Shown: positions 11,888 to 34,101, counted from the stretch's first letter. The stretch: DNA of 64,000 nucleotides from Amoebidium appalachense (GCA_963693365.1 CAVNZM010000017.1:6190708-6254707), one strand, 5' to 3'. Notes: generated from the sequence alone by a model not told the origin. Numbers and translations: made by a program.

Positions 11888-14030
11888 GAAGAGCAGAGTT
11901 ACTGCCGGTGGCCTGCACCTGCGTGTGTGCGGACATGTGTTCGGCTAATTGCATTTCTGTGTTCTCTGTGTGCGTATATGTGCTTGCGTTTGTTGAAAGT
12001 TGGAGCGGGATTGGAGTGTGTGGGCAAGGTGTGTACATGTTCCTGCGCATTTGTGTGCACTTGTGTGTGTGTGGTTGAAGCATTCTTGTGCTGCACAGCA
12101 ACCATGTTTGGCTTTTGTTGGACAAACACCCTATCTATGCACAGAGGGTGTATCAGCATTGTTTGGCGTGATGCTTGTTTGACAAGTTGAAAAACGTATG
12201 GTTTTCACAAGAGTTTCGTTCAAAAAAAAAATAGTATACAAGTGTGCGTCTGAGCTTATGAAGTGTCAAAAGAGAAAAGGAAAAAGGGAGGGAAGAGAAA
12301 TTCGGCTGACTCCAAACCTACTTGCCATACATCCCCAAAGCAAAGCCCCACAACGCAAAAGCAGCATGTGCTCAGTAAACAAGTCCTAAAACGGTACGCA
12401 AAAGCCACAGTAAAAATAAGTGCCAACATCCATTTGAAAAGTAGTGCGCAGTGCAAAAAGAAAAGCGCTAGGAACCCATACTACTCAAAATTTTAAACTT
12501 CGTAGCAAATGTGCTTTCGAAAATTTCAACTTCCAGCAAACCCACAGAAGCACAAGCACTTCTTGCAAGGGCAAGGAAGAATGCAACTTTAATCCTCAAG
12601 ATTCCTTCTCCCCCGTTACAACCCCTGGGACCACACAAAGACATGCATATCGTTTCTAGCAGACAAATAAGGGGAAAACAAAAAACATGACCCCTCTCCC
12701 TCACCTGATGAAGTTTGATAACAGGTGGCAGGTGAACCAGTCCTTCTGGACAAGAGAGGCTCTTGCCTCTTCCCTCCGTCTAGTAGCAAACGTGCAAGTA
12801 TATTCACGGGTGTCTGCTATGCAAGCAGAGTCACTCGGGTTCATGTGTGCCCCCGTCTATGGGGTGACGCTACACAAAGCTCCCTTGCTTCGTTGCAGGG
12901 GAGGAACGAAAACTTAGCTCCAAAACCCCACTACTCAAGACGGGCAAACAGAAAAAAGCGGATGCTAAGCCTACCAAATATGTGTATTTCAAACTGCAAA
13001 AAAATATAGCTGTATGCTGGCGTGAACTGCCACTGCTGCAAGGCGTTTTTGAGTGAAGAAAAAGTGCCAGTGTTGTGGCTAAATCACCATCCGGCCCCTT
13101 GCGGGAGTCTATGAACGGGAACCACTTTAAAGAAAATGGCTAACTCTCAACAGAGTTCTGTTACAATCCCAATGTCGTACTATTCGGTGCACTAGCACTA
13201 GCGCACTCTACTTTCTTTTTTTCTTTGCAAGATCAACTACAAGCTAGCTTTTCAGCTTTTCGCTACAGAGAAAAGCACCAAAAACAAAGCAACGGAGGTT
13301 GCGAAAGGACACAAAAAGGACACACAGAAACGAAGTGGGGGGGTCTATACCCAGTATTGAATCTTCCGTTTTACTGAATGATGTTGATTGGTTTATGCAT
13401 AATAACTCGTTATTTGATTGGATGTGGCTCACGTGAATTGGAACTGATGGGAATGAAACCCAAAAAAGGCCTCGGGGGGAAAAAAGGGGGTCCCAAGGCC
13501 GGGAGAGAGGCCGGGCGCCCCAACTTGAAGTGAGGTCGGAGAGAGGAACTTGTGACGTGAAAGGTGGACAGTGATGAGAAAACAAACTGTGGATCATGGA
13601 GGGAAATGGTTGTGTGCACGATAATATAGGAGAGTGAATTACGCGCTAGAGGGTGTAACTGGGACCACGGAGAGGGGTTTGCTGAATTGCCACAAAACGG
13701 GCACGGTGTGTTCGCACTGAAGCATCAAGAATTTCACGTCGACAACTGGTTATGTGCGTGTTGGTGCCTCTGTGACTGCCAGGTGTGCACAGACAGGGGA
13801 GGGTTCGCCCGGAGTAGTAATATAGGTAGAAAGGATTCGGTATTGATGCAATCCAAGGGGACGATGTACTGCGGGCCAGCTACGGTTCTTAACAACCAGG
13901 AAGAGTGAACTTATCAGAGCAAGAAGGACAATAAAAAATACTTGGAACTCAAACAGTGAATTGATGGACTGGCCTTAACGTATTATAGGTGTGCTGCATT
14001 TCTCTTTCCTTTCTTCCCTCGCTTTCTCAA

Positions 14031-14136
<106 letters not shown>

Positions 14137-14930
14137 CTCCCACCCCTCCCCCCGTCTCTCTCTCTCTCTCACCCCCTCCGCCTCCCCTGCTCTCTTTCTT
14201 TCTCTCCCTCCCCCCTCCCCCCTCCCCCTTCTCTTTCCCCCGGCCCTCCGCCTCATTCCCTTTCCCTCCCTGTTTCCTCTCCTCTCCCCGACTCCCCCCC
14301 CCCCCCCCTCCCTCCCCCGCCCCGCCGCATTCCCGGCTTCCTCCCTACGGTCCATAATAAAGATGCATGCATTCAAGTTGATTGGTATACCACATATGCA
14401 TAGGGATAAGTATTCTTGGTTTGCTCCAGATCCTGTCTGGAGGTAACATACGAATAACCTTTGTGCCCAAGGATTGGCGCTGTTCAACCTTGCTTGTACA
14501 CCCACACGTAATACATTCAAGCTTTTACTCGGTTCGTCCGTTGCCGAAGCTGACAGATGAAAAAGAAGAATGCCGAAGCTGAGAGATGGAAAAGAAGAAA
14601 AAGTCGAACATATGAACACACAAAGGAAGCATATGTAACATACATGCATACCAAAGCAACACTTTTTGCTAAATACGTTGTGCTTTTCTCTATCATGTAC
14701 CTTGATACCTTGATATCATGAGTTTAAAATATGGTAAGACTACGAAAAACACTTTTCTTTCACCCCAACCCCTTTCCCCTACGTGCACTTATGCAAGTTA
14801 TCAACTTTCACGCATTACTACAACGGAAGTTTCGCTCACCTACATACAAGCTGTCTCCACACGTCCCGTGTGTACAAATAACCAACTTTCACACGTCGTC
14901 GAACGTCGTAGATCTAGTCCTCCTACTTCA

Positions 14931-15824
14931 CTATTCCAAATGAAGCTCTTTTTCGATGAAGTGTGTCATTCTCTTCCCCATGTTTTTTCCTGGATGCCCC
15001 GTCCATGCCAACCTCATGAAGAATGATGCCGCCGTGCTACAAAGAACTGCCCCAGCACCAAGAAATGGTGCACACGTTGTTCCTGCTGCTGTAGCGGCCG
15101 TTGCATACATCACTCCCTCCCTGAACTTTTCAAGCACACATGCACCTCCATCCTTGCGTGATGGACACTCGCGTGCAGCTGCAAGCCCGCTCCCAAGCGT
15201 AACGCCCACCACCGTGCCGCTTAGGCTGCTTTCCAGAAGAACGCTCGTTGTTGCTGCTGTAGCTGCAATGGCCGCACTTGTCATGGAGTCGTGTGCCATC
15301 CGTTTTGCCTTTTCCTGGTCAATCACGTCTCCGCTCAGTTTGTGCCAGGCTAGACCCAGTGCAAACGAGGATCCAGCACCCATCATGGCTGCATGGCTGG
15401 CGACAGACATAACATGCGCAAACTGGTGCACAAGGAACGTTTCTTCGTTCGCGGGTACAAGCGCTACACACTCCTCGGTTGCGCTTCCAGACTCAATTGC
15501 AGAAACGGCTTCGCTTTCACCCACTGTCGTCATGGGATCTGTTGCGCCAGTCGCCAGCTCATCTGCCACGGACGTCGGTGTGGTCCTCCCTCTCCATTGA
15601 AAAAGTACCTTCGGGTCGATTTTCACGCCAGTGAGTTCGTTGTGAGAGGTTTGAGAGGAGGAAATGATGCGGAAGAGAATCCCCGTACCAGGGTGCTTGA
15701 GATGGTGAAAAGCGGTATTTGCTGTGTGAAGATAAGAGTGTAAGATATCCGGGCCGTCCCCGAGAGATGGGTGGACGTTGTCGGTGTAGGTGTTGGCTGA
15801 GCTGGTTTCGGGCTCCATTCTCAT
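14931..15824 (-). CDS. Intronless hypothetical protein, 297 aa, Ala/Gly-rich hydrophobic C-terminal half
   Basis: The only long non-repetitive ORF in the window (ATG to TAG, no microsatellite). Segments such as AAMMGAGSSFALGLAW, GTVVGVTLGSGLAAA and AAGTTCAPFLGAGAVLCSTAASFF suggest membrane-associating helices. No family recognised. Confidence 0.65.
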   Translation of the reverse strand: MRMEPETSSANTYTDNVHPSLGDGPDILHSYLHTANTAFHHLKHPGTGILFRIISSSQTSHNELTGVKIDPKVLFQWRGRTTPTSVADELATGATDPMTTVGESEAVSAIESGSATEECVALVPANEETFLVHQFAHVMSVASHAAMMGAGSSFALGLAWHKLSGDVIDQEKAKRMAHDSMTSAAIAATAATTSVLLESSLSGTVVGVTLGSGLAAARECPSRKDGGACVLEKFREGVMYATAATAAGTTCAPFLGAGAVLCSTAASFFMRLAWTGHPGKNMGKRMTHFIEKELHLE

Positions 15825-16149
15825 AAATGCTTTTTTGCTTGTGATTTTTATGAGTGAAAAACGGATAAGGTTGGGCTCCTGCTGCAGTTCCAGAACTTGT
15901 TAGCTGGAACCTCAAAACCTTTTGCCGGTGGTAAACGTCAGTTCACCACTCTATGCGTGCAAAACAATGAAATTTGAAGAAGTGGGTTCTCTTTCAGTGT
16001 GCCATTTTTTGTGCCAAAAATGACCCACTCTATCTTTAGCTGTTAGGCAGGCGAGGCTAACTTCTTGCAAAAGAAACGTTTCAATATTCGGTGCTTGTCA
16101 CAGAGTGCTTGTACGACTGAGTGGTCGTGTGTAGAGCCGCACAACTGAT

Positions 16150-16870
16150 GATGACGGCAAAAACGTAACTATAAAACTTGAAAATCGGCAACTACACAAC
16201 AGGCCGAATGCCTGACGCTAAAAACTTATAGCCAGCTCTCATATTGTCTCCCTCTTTTATAGTTGTGTATGCAAAAACTCTCGAAAAACAATGTTCGTCA
16301 CTTCAGAACCTCTTGTGGAGTTGGTCGGGCTCAGTTCGAAGACTTGTGTTTATGGAAGCCAATCAAAACGCGGATCAAAAACATGGCGCGAGAACATTGG
16401 CTAGAAATCTTCGAAGGCGCCTTCTAGAAATTTTGCGCAATGACCTCTAAAGAACTAAACATAGTAAGTAGCGAACCATTTATGGCAAGTGTTCTCGGTG
16501 TTTGTAAATGGCATGGGATATCCTTATACACTCGGTATGCATGGAATGTAAATTGATAAATGTTGATCTAAATAGCTTTTTATGGCTAATTAGACAGACT
16601 ATGATTGGCTAAAAGAGAGATGATCTGTGCCACATACAATATAAGTAGCTAGTGTAGCTTATACTTTACGATTACGTCACACCTGACAAGAAGAGACGAG
16701 CTCGAGAGAGAGACTGAGCTCGAGAACTCGAGAGAGGGAGGGAGAGAGAGAGAGCGAAAGAGAGAAAGAGAGAGAGAGAGTTAGGGTGTAAAAGGTTATA
16801 GTTGCTATGAGACAGTAAGAAACAGCGTCTATAGTAGCATATAGAGCGGTGCAGATAGACAAGAGCAAAA
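16150..16870. promoter_or_regulatory. Putative bidirectional promoter between the orphan ORF (-) and YJU2 (+)
   Basis: Microsatellite-poor divergent intergenic region with CCAAT boxes in both orientations (GCCAATC ~16358, ATTGGC ~16396, GATTGGC ~16603), the palindrome GAAGGCGCCTTC (~16413) and a GA-rich leader before the YJU2 ATG. Confidence 0.4.
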
Positions 16871-25224
<8,354 letters not shown>

Positions 25225-25560
25225 ACTTTTTTTATTTAGTCTTTTGTTCACTTTATTTTGTTGTTTATTGTTTTATTACAACTGTTATCTATTTGTTTGC
25301 TTGCTTGTATGTTTTCTGTTTGTTTGTTTGTCTGTCTATTTCTTTTTTTATTTATTTATTTTTATTTATTTGCGTATTTGTTTATTTATATATTTATTTA
25401 TTTATTTATTTTATGGGGGGGGGGGGGGGGGGGGGGGGGGGTTTATTGCCGTCATTTCTACAACCTTCGCCTGTTCTTCCCATTTAGTTTGGTTGCTTTT
25501 ACGGCACAAACTATTGGACCTCTTTTTGCTGCCGGTCTGCTCCCCCTCCCATCCTTGCAG

Positions 25561-25644
<84 letters not shown>

Positions 25645-25726
25645 CTTCAGCCAAATTGGAGATGGTCTTGTTGCAGGCCAACAAGCACGATCTTATATGA
25701 AATCAAAGAATGTGGGTGCGGGCCAG

Positions 25727-25766
<40 letters not shown>

Positions 25767-25921
25767 CCTCCTGCTGGGCCAACCCTCCCGGCTCCCCCGT
25801 GACCCACACGCCCATTGAAGATGTACATGGTGATAAGACTTCAGAGACTTCACGGCATTCACTCACTACACATGGTCAGTGTGTATGTACATGTAGCAAG
25901 ATGGTACGTACGCCCCCAAGA

Positions 25922-25977
<56 letters not shown>

Positions 25978-27528
25978 TCCAGTGGCACACACACACACGC
26001 ACACGGGCACACCCACGTTGCACGTATGCACCCACCACCAACACAACCCTTCCAAACAACAACTGCAGGGCACGCCGAGGGCCCCTGTGTGATGTGATAT
26101 CTCAGAGGTGGATATCACCATGTCTGAGAGAGGTGTGATATCTCGGAGGGCGTGTTTTCAGGTATCGCCCTCCTCCGCCCACGCCCCCTCTCTCTCCTTT
26201 AGGTATCTCGGTGATTATCGCAAAGTGCATTTCTTAATCAAAACGAACAGTCATCGAATGCGATTGACCCATTATTGAAAAGCATGCACTGAAACTCATT
26301 CCAAATAGAAACATGAAGGAAATAAATACCCTGAAATTAACTGAATCCGGACATAGAATGATGGGGTTTAGGCCGCAGTTAGGTTTTTGTCTACACCACA
26401 CCCGATAAACCGAACCCTTGATCAACCCTTTCGAATCGATATCATTTGTCTATTGCCCAAAATCCAGCTATTATTGACTGTTTGGCACCAAATTTGTACA
26501 ACAAACTACGAACCCTGCAACAATTATAATTATCGCCCACATTTACAGACGATCTCTCTAGATCTCTCCCTGACATGCCTGAATCTGGCGTTTTGAAAGA
26601 GAGATGCCCCCTCACCGCCGGGCCCATACGCCACCCTGTTGGGAGTTTCGGGGAATCTCTCTTGTAGTGGCAAGATGCCTATTCGAGTTTTCGAGGTCAA
26701 GCCAGTCCAATGCAAAGTCCATCACACAGTGCGTGTCACACTCGTATTATACCTCAGACAGCCTGTGTGACAACTAGCTGTAGGGTAAAATACAGTCACG
26801 CATTTGCACACGCACACACGAACGCACACATGCACGCACCCAAGGCTTAGCACACACCCATGCATGCATGCACGCATGCATGCACGCACGGACACACGCA
26901 CGCACGCACGCGCATGCATCGCGCACACACACATGCATGCGTGCACCCATGCACGTGCATGCATGCATGCACGCATACACACATGCTGCAGATCTCGTAT
27001 GCATGCACGTGCACTCACACACATTCGGTGACACACATACACAATTACGGTGGGTGGGTGAGAGGGGGGGGAGGGGGAAGAGAGAGGGGGGGGGGAGGGG
27101 GGGGCTCGGCCGGGGGAGAGTGAGGCTTACTCGAGTGTATGCCCAAGCTGCAAAGACATATCACACTCACACACATACCACACATCTATACACAGTTTCG
27201 CATACATAATCCACATGAGACCAACCGGTGGGGACGCCGGCCCTGTGCAGATACAAGCATGCTCGAGCTGTGAGCACGGTTGCCGTGAAGCATGCCCCTC
27301 CACGTATGAGCACACACCACCAAAACCCACACACATGCACACACACACACACACAAACACATTGCCACATACGTCGAGATACACGCATATACACCGTGAA
27401 GCGCATATAATCGCGTACATAATCCAGGATTATTCTTTATTTACCAAAATATCAAGGTGTTACACGGTGGCACCGTGCACACCAGACTGCAAAATTAGTT
27501 GTCGGAAGTACCATGAGGCACACACACC

Positions 27529-27566
<38 letters not shown>

Positions 27567-28112
27567 ATCTACACACACCGTTGGGCCACACAAGTGCCGG
27601 CAGTGCCACAGAACACACACATGGGCAAGCACGCCACACACCGTGACCACGATAATGTTGCCCTATTCGAGCTCAAAGTTGGGGCTGAGTGGCGGGAAGG
27701 TAACATGCGGATGGGTGGGGGGAGGGGGGGGGGGGGGGGGGGGGGGGGGGCATGGAACATCACCCCTCCGATAGAAAAGCCGGGGAGACCACCAGGGGAA
27801 TATTTCTTTTCATTTCTTTAACAACCCCCCTCCCCCCTCTCCACCCCCATATATCTGCAGCTGAACCAGCTCTATTGTGCCTGTAAGTGTGCTCCATGAA
27901 GGGCAAGCAATGTTTCACTGGATATCATGGACATGCAGGCAGGTATTAAATGTGGTGTTTGTTCGATGATCTTGTGCACGTGTGCATCTTGGCTTTCACG
28001 CAGTGTCCGATTAATTTGTGTGAGCTACCCCCCCTTCCCCCCACCCTCCCCACCCCTCCCCCCCCCCCCCAAAAAAAAAAAAAAAAAAAAAACCATCTGC
28101 TCCAAATCTCCT

Positions 28113-28151
<39 letters not shown>

Positions 28152-28468
28152 CTGGGCTTCCCCACGGTACACATATAACAACAGAGGTTATTATCTGCTC
28201 CATTTCAAGATGATGCACACCAACAGGTACTACGTGTATATTCGTGTGTCGGTGCGTGCGTGTTGCTGCATGTGTTCGTGTTCGTGTGCGTGTGCGTGGC
28301 ACGCACGTACGTGTGCGTGTGCGTATGATTGTGTGTGTGTGTGGGGGGGGGGGGGGGGGGGGGGGGGGGGTTGCACATGTGGGTGTTGGCTCTCTTTTCT
28401 TCTACAGTAGCTGCTTCCTGATGATGCCTGACGGGCGACGTGGAGATTCATGGGGGAGGAGGGTGTGT

Positions 28469-28499
<31 letters not shown>

Positions 28500-28582
28500 G
28501 ATATTGACTCAGGTAGTGTGTTGAGTTGAGAATGTGACCTTTGAGTGTGCAAGTAGACATTGAGTGACCCAATTGCATGCAG

Positions 28583-29089
28583 ATGTGGACGAGTGTGCCA
28601 CCAACACCCACGACTGTGATCCCCACGCCGCCTGTACCGACACCACCGGCAGCTTCACCTGCGCCTGCAACAGCGGGTACACGGGGGGCGGAGTCGCATG
28701 CAGCGGTAAGTGCCTAAACAAAGCTCCTGTGGTTCTTCTTACTCACCCGTAACCTTTAACTGTGTTGAATATGTATGTTCATGGGAGTGTGTAGGTCTTG
28801 GGGTGTCACCGTGGAGGGGGCAGGGGACGTGATTGGGCTTTATGTCCACACATGTAATTATAACTCCTGTGGATTGGAAACTGAGTTCCGACGCTTTTCT
28901 TGACTGTTCTTCTTTGTAATCGAGTTTGAGTGGGGGTTGCCTACGTTTGATACAGGTGCGCTCGATTCTGATAGATTCAGCTTACATGATCCGAAGAGTG
29001 CTTACTTTAACCGGATAAGCCGATCACTTTTAGGTCTGACCCATGCATCCCCCCCCCTCCCCCCTCCCCCCCCCCCCCCCCCCTCCCCC

Positions 29090-29133
<44 letters not shown>

Positions 29134-30603
29134 AAAAAAGATATCGACGAATGTGCCACCAACACCCACAATTGCAATGGCAACGCCGCCTGTACCGACA
29201 CCACCGGCAGCTTCACCTGCGCCTGCAACAGCGGATATACAGGAGACTGGACAGCATGCAACAGTAAGTTCGGAGGCATAATCCCTTCTAATGTGTTTTA
29301 TTCTGGTATGATGGCCGTGCACTCTTCCTGCTGGAGATGTGTGTACATAGGTACGCCGACACATGCCATGCCGGACCCTGATATGAATTCCTCCAACATA
29401 CAAAACATACACATGCCTTCCAGCAATCCACCTCAAGAACTCCTCTTTTTAATCCATGCAGATGTGGACGAATGTGCCACAAACACCCACGACTGTGATC
29501 CCCATGCCGCCTGTACCGACACGACCGGCAGCTTCACCTGTGCCTGCAACAGTCCCTACACCGGGGACGGTGTGTTGTGCATTGGTCAGTATACACTTGC
29601 ACAGCCGTATATGCTCACAACCCTGCATGTCTTTTTTGGGGGATCTGTACCTTCATAATTTATTTGCCAAGACAAGGTCACCCTAAGACAATACGGCAGC
29701 CTTGGAAGCTCTGGTGTGACACGTAGAGTTATTGCTGGCCATTGCTGCAATAACTCACACTCTCCACCCCGTCGAAACAGCGATAGAGGAATGTCCTGAG
29801 ATCGGCCTATACCTGGAATGGAGTGATTGGTCGCCCTGCTGTGGAGGAAGTCGTGGGAGCGTGCGCAAGTGCAGTGCCAACTATGTGAAGGACGCTACAT
29901 CGGTCGACTCCTCGGTCTATTTTGACGGCCAATCACGTTCGTCCACTGGCACAGAGGTTTGCGGTGAGTGATCCTTGGGCCTTCAGGACTTTGGGCTGCA
30001 CATGCACACAACGTGGACATGTGGGCCGTTTCGCCACACCCAACAAATTTCTACCTCTTCTCATTATTCTCCTTCCTCTTGGGTTTATTGTTTTTTGTGA
30101 TGTCCCATCCATGCTCCAAGATGATCCCGTATCTCGCTGTGAGACTCACCGTTATGTATCCAAACGCGAAAAACGCCCCCCCCCCCTTTTTTTTTTACTT
30201 CTCTTTATACAGAGTCTTTCTCCACACAGTGACTCCTCATTTCTAGTCTTCCTTAGAGATATTTGGTTCCACGATTGCCTGCTTTTGAGTCCATTCAGCA
30301 CCTAAAACCTGCAGGAGCCCTATCTTTTCTTTGCTTTTTGTAATCCGTCAGTGCCTTCTGAGTATAACAGGTGCAGTACATAAAGCACCAGAGTCATCTG
30401 TAACGAAATGTTTACAATTCCCGTTGAAATGCAACTACTCATCCATTCCTTGTCTCCATTTCAGGCAAGTACCGGATGTCGACATCCTCCAGCAACCAAG
30501 TCACGAACTTCACAGTTGCTGTTAGCTCACGAGGGGTGTTGATGCTTGCATCCATCCAAGCCGATGTGCTCGAGCTACCGGCTATGTAAGTAGTTGCAAA
30601 CAG

Positions 30604-30637
<34 letters not shown>

Positions 30638-30670
30638 TCTTCCTTCCCTCCCTCCCCCCTCCCCTTCCTT

Positions 30671-30706
<36 letters not shown>

Positions 30707-30902
30707 CCTCCTCCTTCCCGTGCAGCCACCCATGCGACTCTGGTGTCCACCACGACCTTTCCCATACTCATATGTCTTCTTTCCCCAGCCCTCGAATGCA
30801 CCAATACATCACCAGGCTCGGAGCCTCCCCTGCATTGAGGGGGGGGGGGGGGGGGGGGGGAGGGGGGGACTAGAGAGGGTGTGTTTGCACGCGCGCGCGC
30901 GC

Positions 30903-30993
<91 letters not shown>

Positions 30994-31899
30994 GTTCTCT
31001 TGTGTGGGCATTGGGCGACAAACGGCTCACGCTTTGCACCGCCTAGGTGCTTTCACCCTTACCAGTCCTGCAATCCAAGCTTCACAAGCTGTTGGGATTC
31101 CAAAACCTTGCCGGTGTGACTGTCACCAGCATTCAGAACGACTTTTTCTGGCCCTTCTACCCTTCAAACAAACTGGCCAAACTGTAAGTCCGATAAGATG
31201 GTGCTCGGTGTGGGTCCATGCACGTGCGCAGGAAATAATGCATTATGATACAAACTGGGAAAGATGGGTTCACTGTCTACATGTAACAGAGATCGATAAG
31301 GGGCCAAGTAGTCGGGCGGTATTCTATGTGGGTAAAGTGAAGAAGTGACATGGTGGTGTTGGTGGTGGTGGTGGTGTGGGGGTGGTTGGGTGGATAGGCG
31401 GAGGGGGGAGGGGGGAGGGGGGGGGGAGTGGGGGTGGGGGGGGGGCGGGGGGAGACTAAGATCTAGGCCTCTTGCTGTGAATGGGGGACCGTGATTAACG
31501 AAAATATGAGAAAGAGGGCTGGGTAAATGAAATCGTAAACCAACAACGCAATGCAACAAAGAAATGGCTGAACCGAAAGAGCATATTTGCTTGTCTCTTG
31601 GTCTTCAAAAAGTATGCTGTGAGAATATGCTATACTATTAGTGATTCATTCTGGCTGGGCCCAGGGTATTCCATGGGTTCAACCTCCTCACTTCAATGCC
31701 GAAGTCGATCCTTGACCTCCAAAGCCTGACGAGACTGTAAGTCTTCAATCTCACACCATCATATTTCCTTTTCTCCTTGTCTCTCTTTCTTGCTTTCTTC
31801 TCCTCTTTATCACATCCCTTCCCCCCTCGTCTATCATTTGTCTTATATTTCTCTGGTCCACCGCTCTCCCCCACCCCTTTCCCCTCCCCCCCCCCCCCC

Positions 31900-31934
<35 letters not shown>

Positions 31935-32708
31935 ACCCACCCACCACCACCACCCACCCACCCCGTCCTCCCTCTCATTCTTCAGCTAGCTTGCTGATAC
32001 TTTGAGCAAACAGATCCCGGCACACCAGTGCTTCTCTCCCCCCCCCCCCCCCCCCCCCTCCCTCCCCTAAACCTTCCTCCCCTCTCTCGTCTCGCTCGTC
32101 TCTCTCTCTCTCCGACTCTTGGATACTTGCTTTCTGCTACTCTTTTTCTCGCATATGCTCAACATTGTTCCACGTATGTGCACAACTACACACATACAAG
32201 CACACGTACACACGTACACACACGCACACACGTGTACACCCGCACGCACACACACACACATGCATGCACAACCTGCATCACACACACACACACACACATG
32301 CGGCACAACCTGCATACACACGCACACAAGGGTATATACACACAGATACATGCATACACACATGCACACACATGCACACACACACAGCGCGTGCACAGGC
32401 ATGCACATGCACATACTTTTTGATGAGACAGATATAAATCGATGCCATTTGGGGCACGGGCACCAGAAATATGGGTGTGAATGAACATGGCTTACGTGGT
32501 AAATGACCTGAATCACATCGAACACAATGTCTTTTTGGAACAGGAATCTATGTAAATTGTTGAAACGATTCATCAACGGCACTGTATCATACACTGGCCT
32601 TTTACAAACCCCACCACAGAGATTTCCCGCACGTATGTGGCACATCCACCACCGGTTTGGATTGGTGCTCCCTTGCGGGAAGATCTAACCTGGGCGGGTA
32701 GGACTCCT

Positions 32709-32769
<61 letters not shown>

Positions 32770-33488
32770 CCCCCCCCCATCCCCCCCCCCCCCCCCCCCC
32801 CCCCCCTCCACACACACACATCCCACATCACACCACACCACAACGTCCCACACCACCCAACCCCCCCCCCCTTCCACACACACACACACACTCACTTACA
32901 CAATTCTCTTCAGTAACACCCTTATATCTCCCACAACCACCTTACAGGTCCCTGCCTTCCCATGGCACACACATAAATCCACACGCGGATCCGGAACCGT
33001 TGAATTTATAATCGACCCTTAGCCTAGTGGAAGCTCACAAAAGCGCACACACCCAGTGCCTCAATGACATTTTTATACTGGTTGGAAGTCTATCTCCTTT
33101 TATCCAAGTATGCCACTGGACTGCTTTTGCCCTGGATAGTTCAACACATACACATTACTTTTTGACTTGAATTGACAACATTCTGACGGTTGTCGTAAGT
33201 TATATCGGCAAGCGGACATTGTTTCCACATACACACTGACCCAACAAACATCGACATACTCAAAAGGAAGCCAACATGTGTGTTTGTGTGGTACTTTTCA
33301 CATTTTGCTATTGTTTTCTGCTTTTACGAGTGTATACTTATCCAGGTATCAGTGTAATACCAACACGAGTTCTTTGCAGCATGGTGATCAACACGATGGA
33401 CGTCCCAACCTTCTACGACAAGACGGCCGTTCTGAACACATGCCCAACCGTTGCAGCTAGAGTCACAGTGTTGACATGTGCGGGATAG
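28583..33488 (+). CDS. Calcium-binding EGF x3 + TSP1-like + LRR-like protein (5' exons unresolved)
   Basis: Three 123-nt phase 1-1 exons (28583-28705, 29141-29263, 29462-29584) each encode D[VI]DECATNTH[DN]C...AACTDTTGSFTCACNS.YTG....C. Exon 29781-29963 has WSDWSPCC...R. Then 30465-30585 and 31047-31183 (junction between these two unresolved), a 72-nt phase 2-2 exon 31665-31736 (NLLTSMPKSILDLQSLTRL, LRR-like), 32620-32697 and 33380-33488 (TAG). The EGF exons are secure; the downstream linkage is less so. Confidence 0.7.
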
Positions 33489-33768
33489 GACGCAATGTAG
33501 CCCCAATGCTGGTACACGGTTTACTTAGTGCATAGATGAAACACAGTAGACAGGTGCAAATGAATGGTTATGTTAATAGTTACGTAATTTGATTAGCGCA
33601 TTCGCAGTGACTATACAGGCATGTGTGCATACACCAGAACTGTATGCAGTTAGCAGGAATATGTTGTGTTTATAGCTTTCTTAGATATTATTAACTCCTC
33701 AAGCAAGTAGCATGGCATCATGTACAATGTCGTAATGAATGAATCATGAATAAAATTGTTAAAGTTCT

Positions 33769-33811
<43 letters not shown>

Positions 33812-34101
33812 CCCCTTGCTGATGCAGGATCCTTAGAAAAACGGTGACGGTAGTTTGAGTGAGGCCTCAGAGGGTGTGTCCCTCTTATAACAGTACCGTG
33901 GCTCTCGTTTAGCGGTGCTGTTTTTAGTGCCACTGTGCAAACAAGTGCACGTCGGTTCACGGCATATACGGCATGTGAGACGGCATGTCGTGGAGTCTAG
34001 GGACATAATTATTATATTTGCTAATAGAAAATACATCCAGCCATTCGGGGTTAGAGTTCTTGGATATGTGCACGTGCAGATGCACAATATTCTGTGTATG
34101 T

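Noticed and set aside
11398-11948. + strand gene starting MEPSKKRK
   Set aside because: Stops after 16 codons, with no convincing donor and no recognisable product.
14956-15600. 214-aa + strand ORF
   Set aside because: Antisense shadow of the 297-aa ORF; non-ATG start and no independent support.
25500-28560. Upstream exons of the EGF gene (e.g. mini-exon 27861-27882)
   Set aside because: Several splice-like sites, but no phase-consistent chain with a start codon or signal peptide could be supported.
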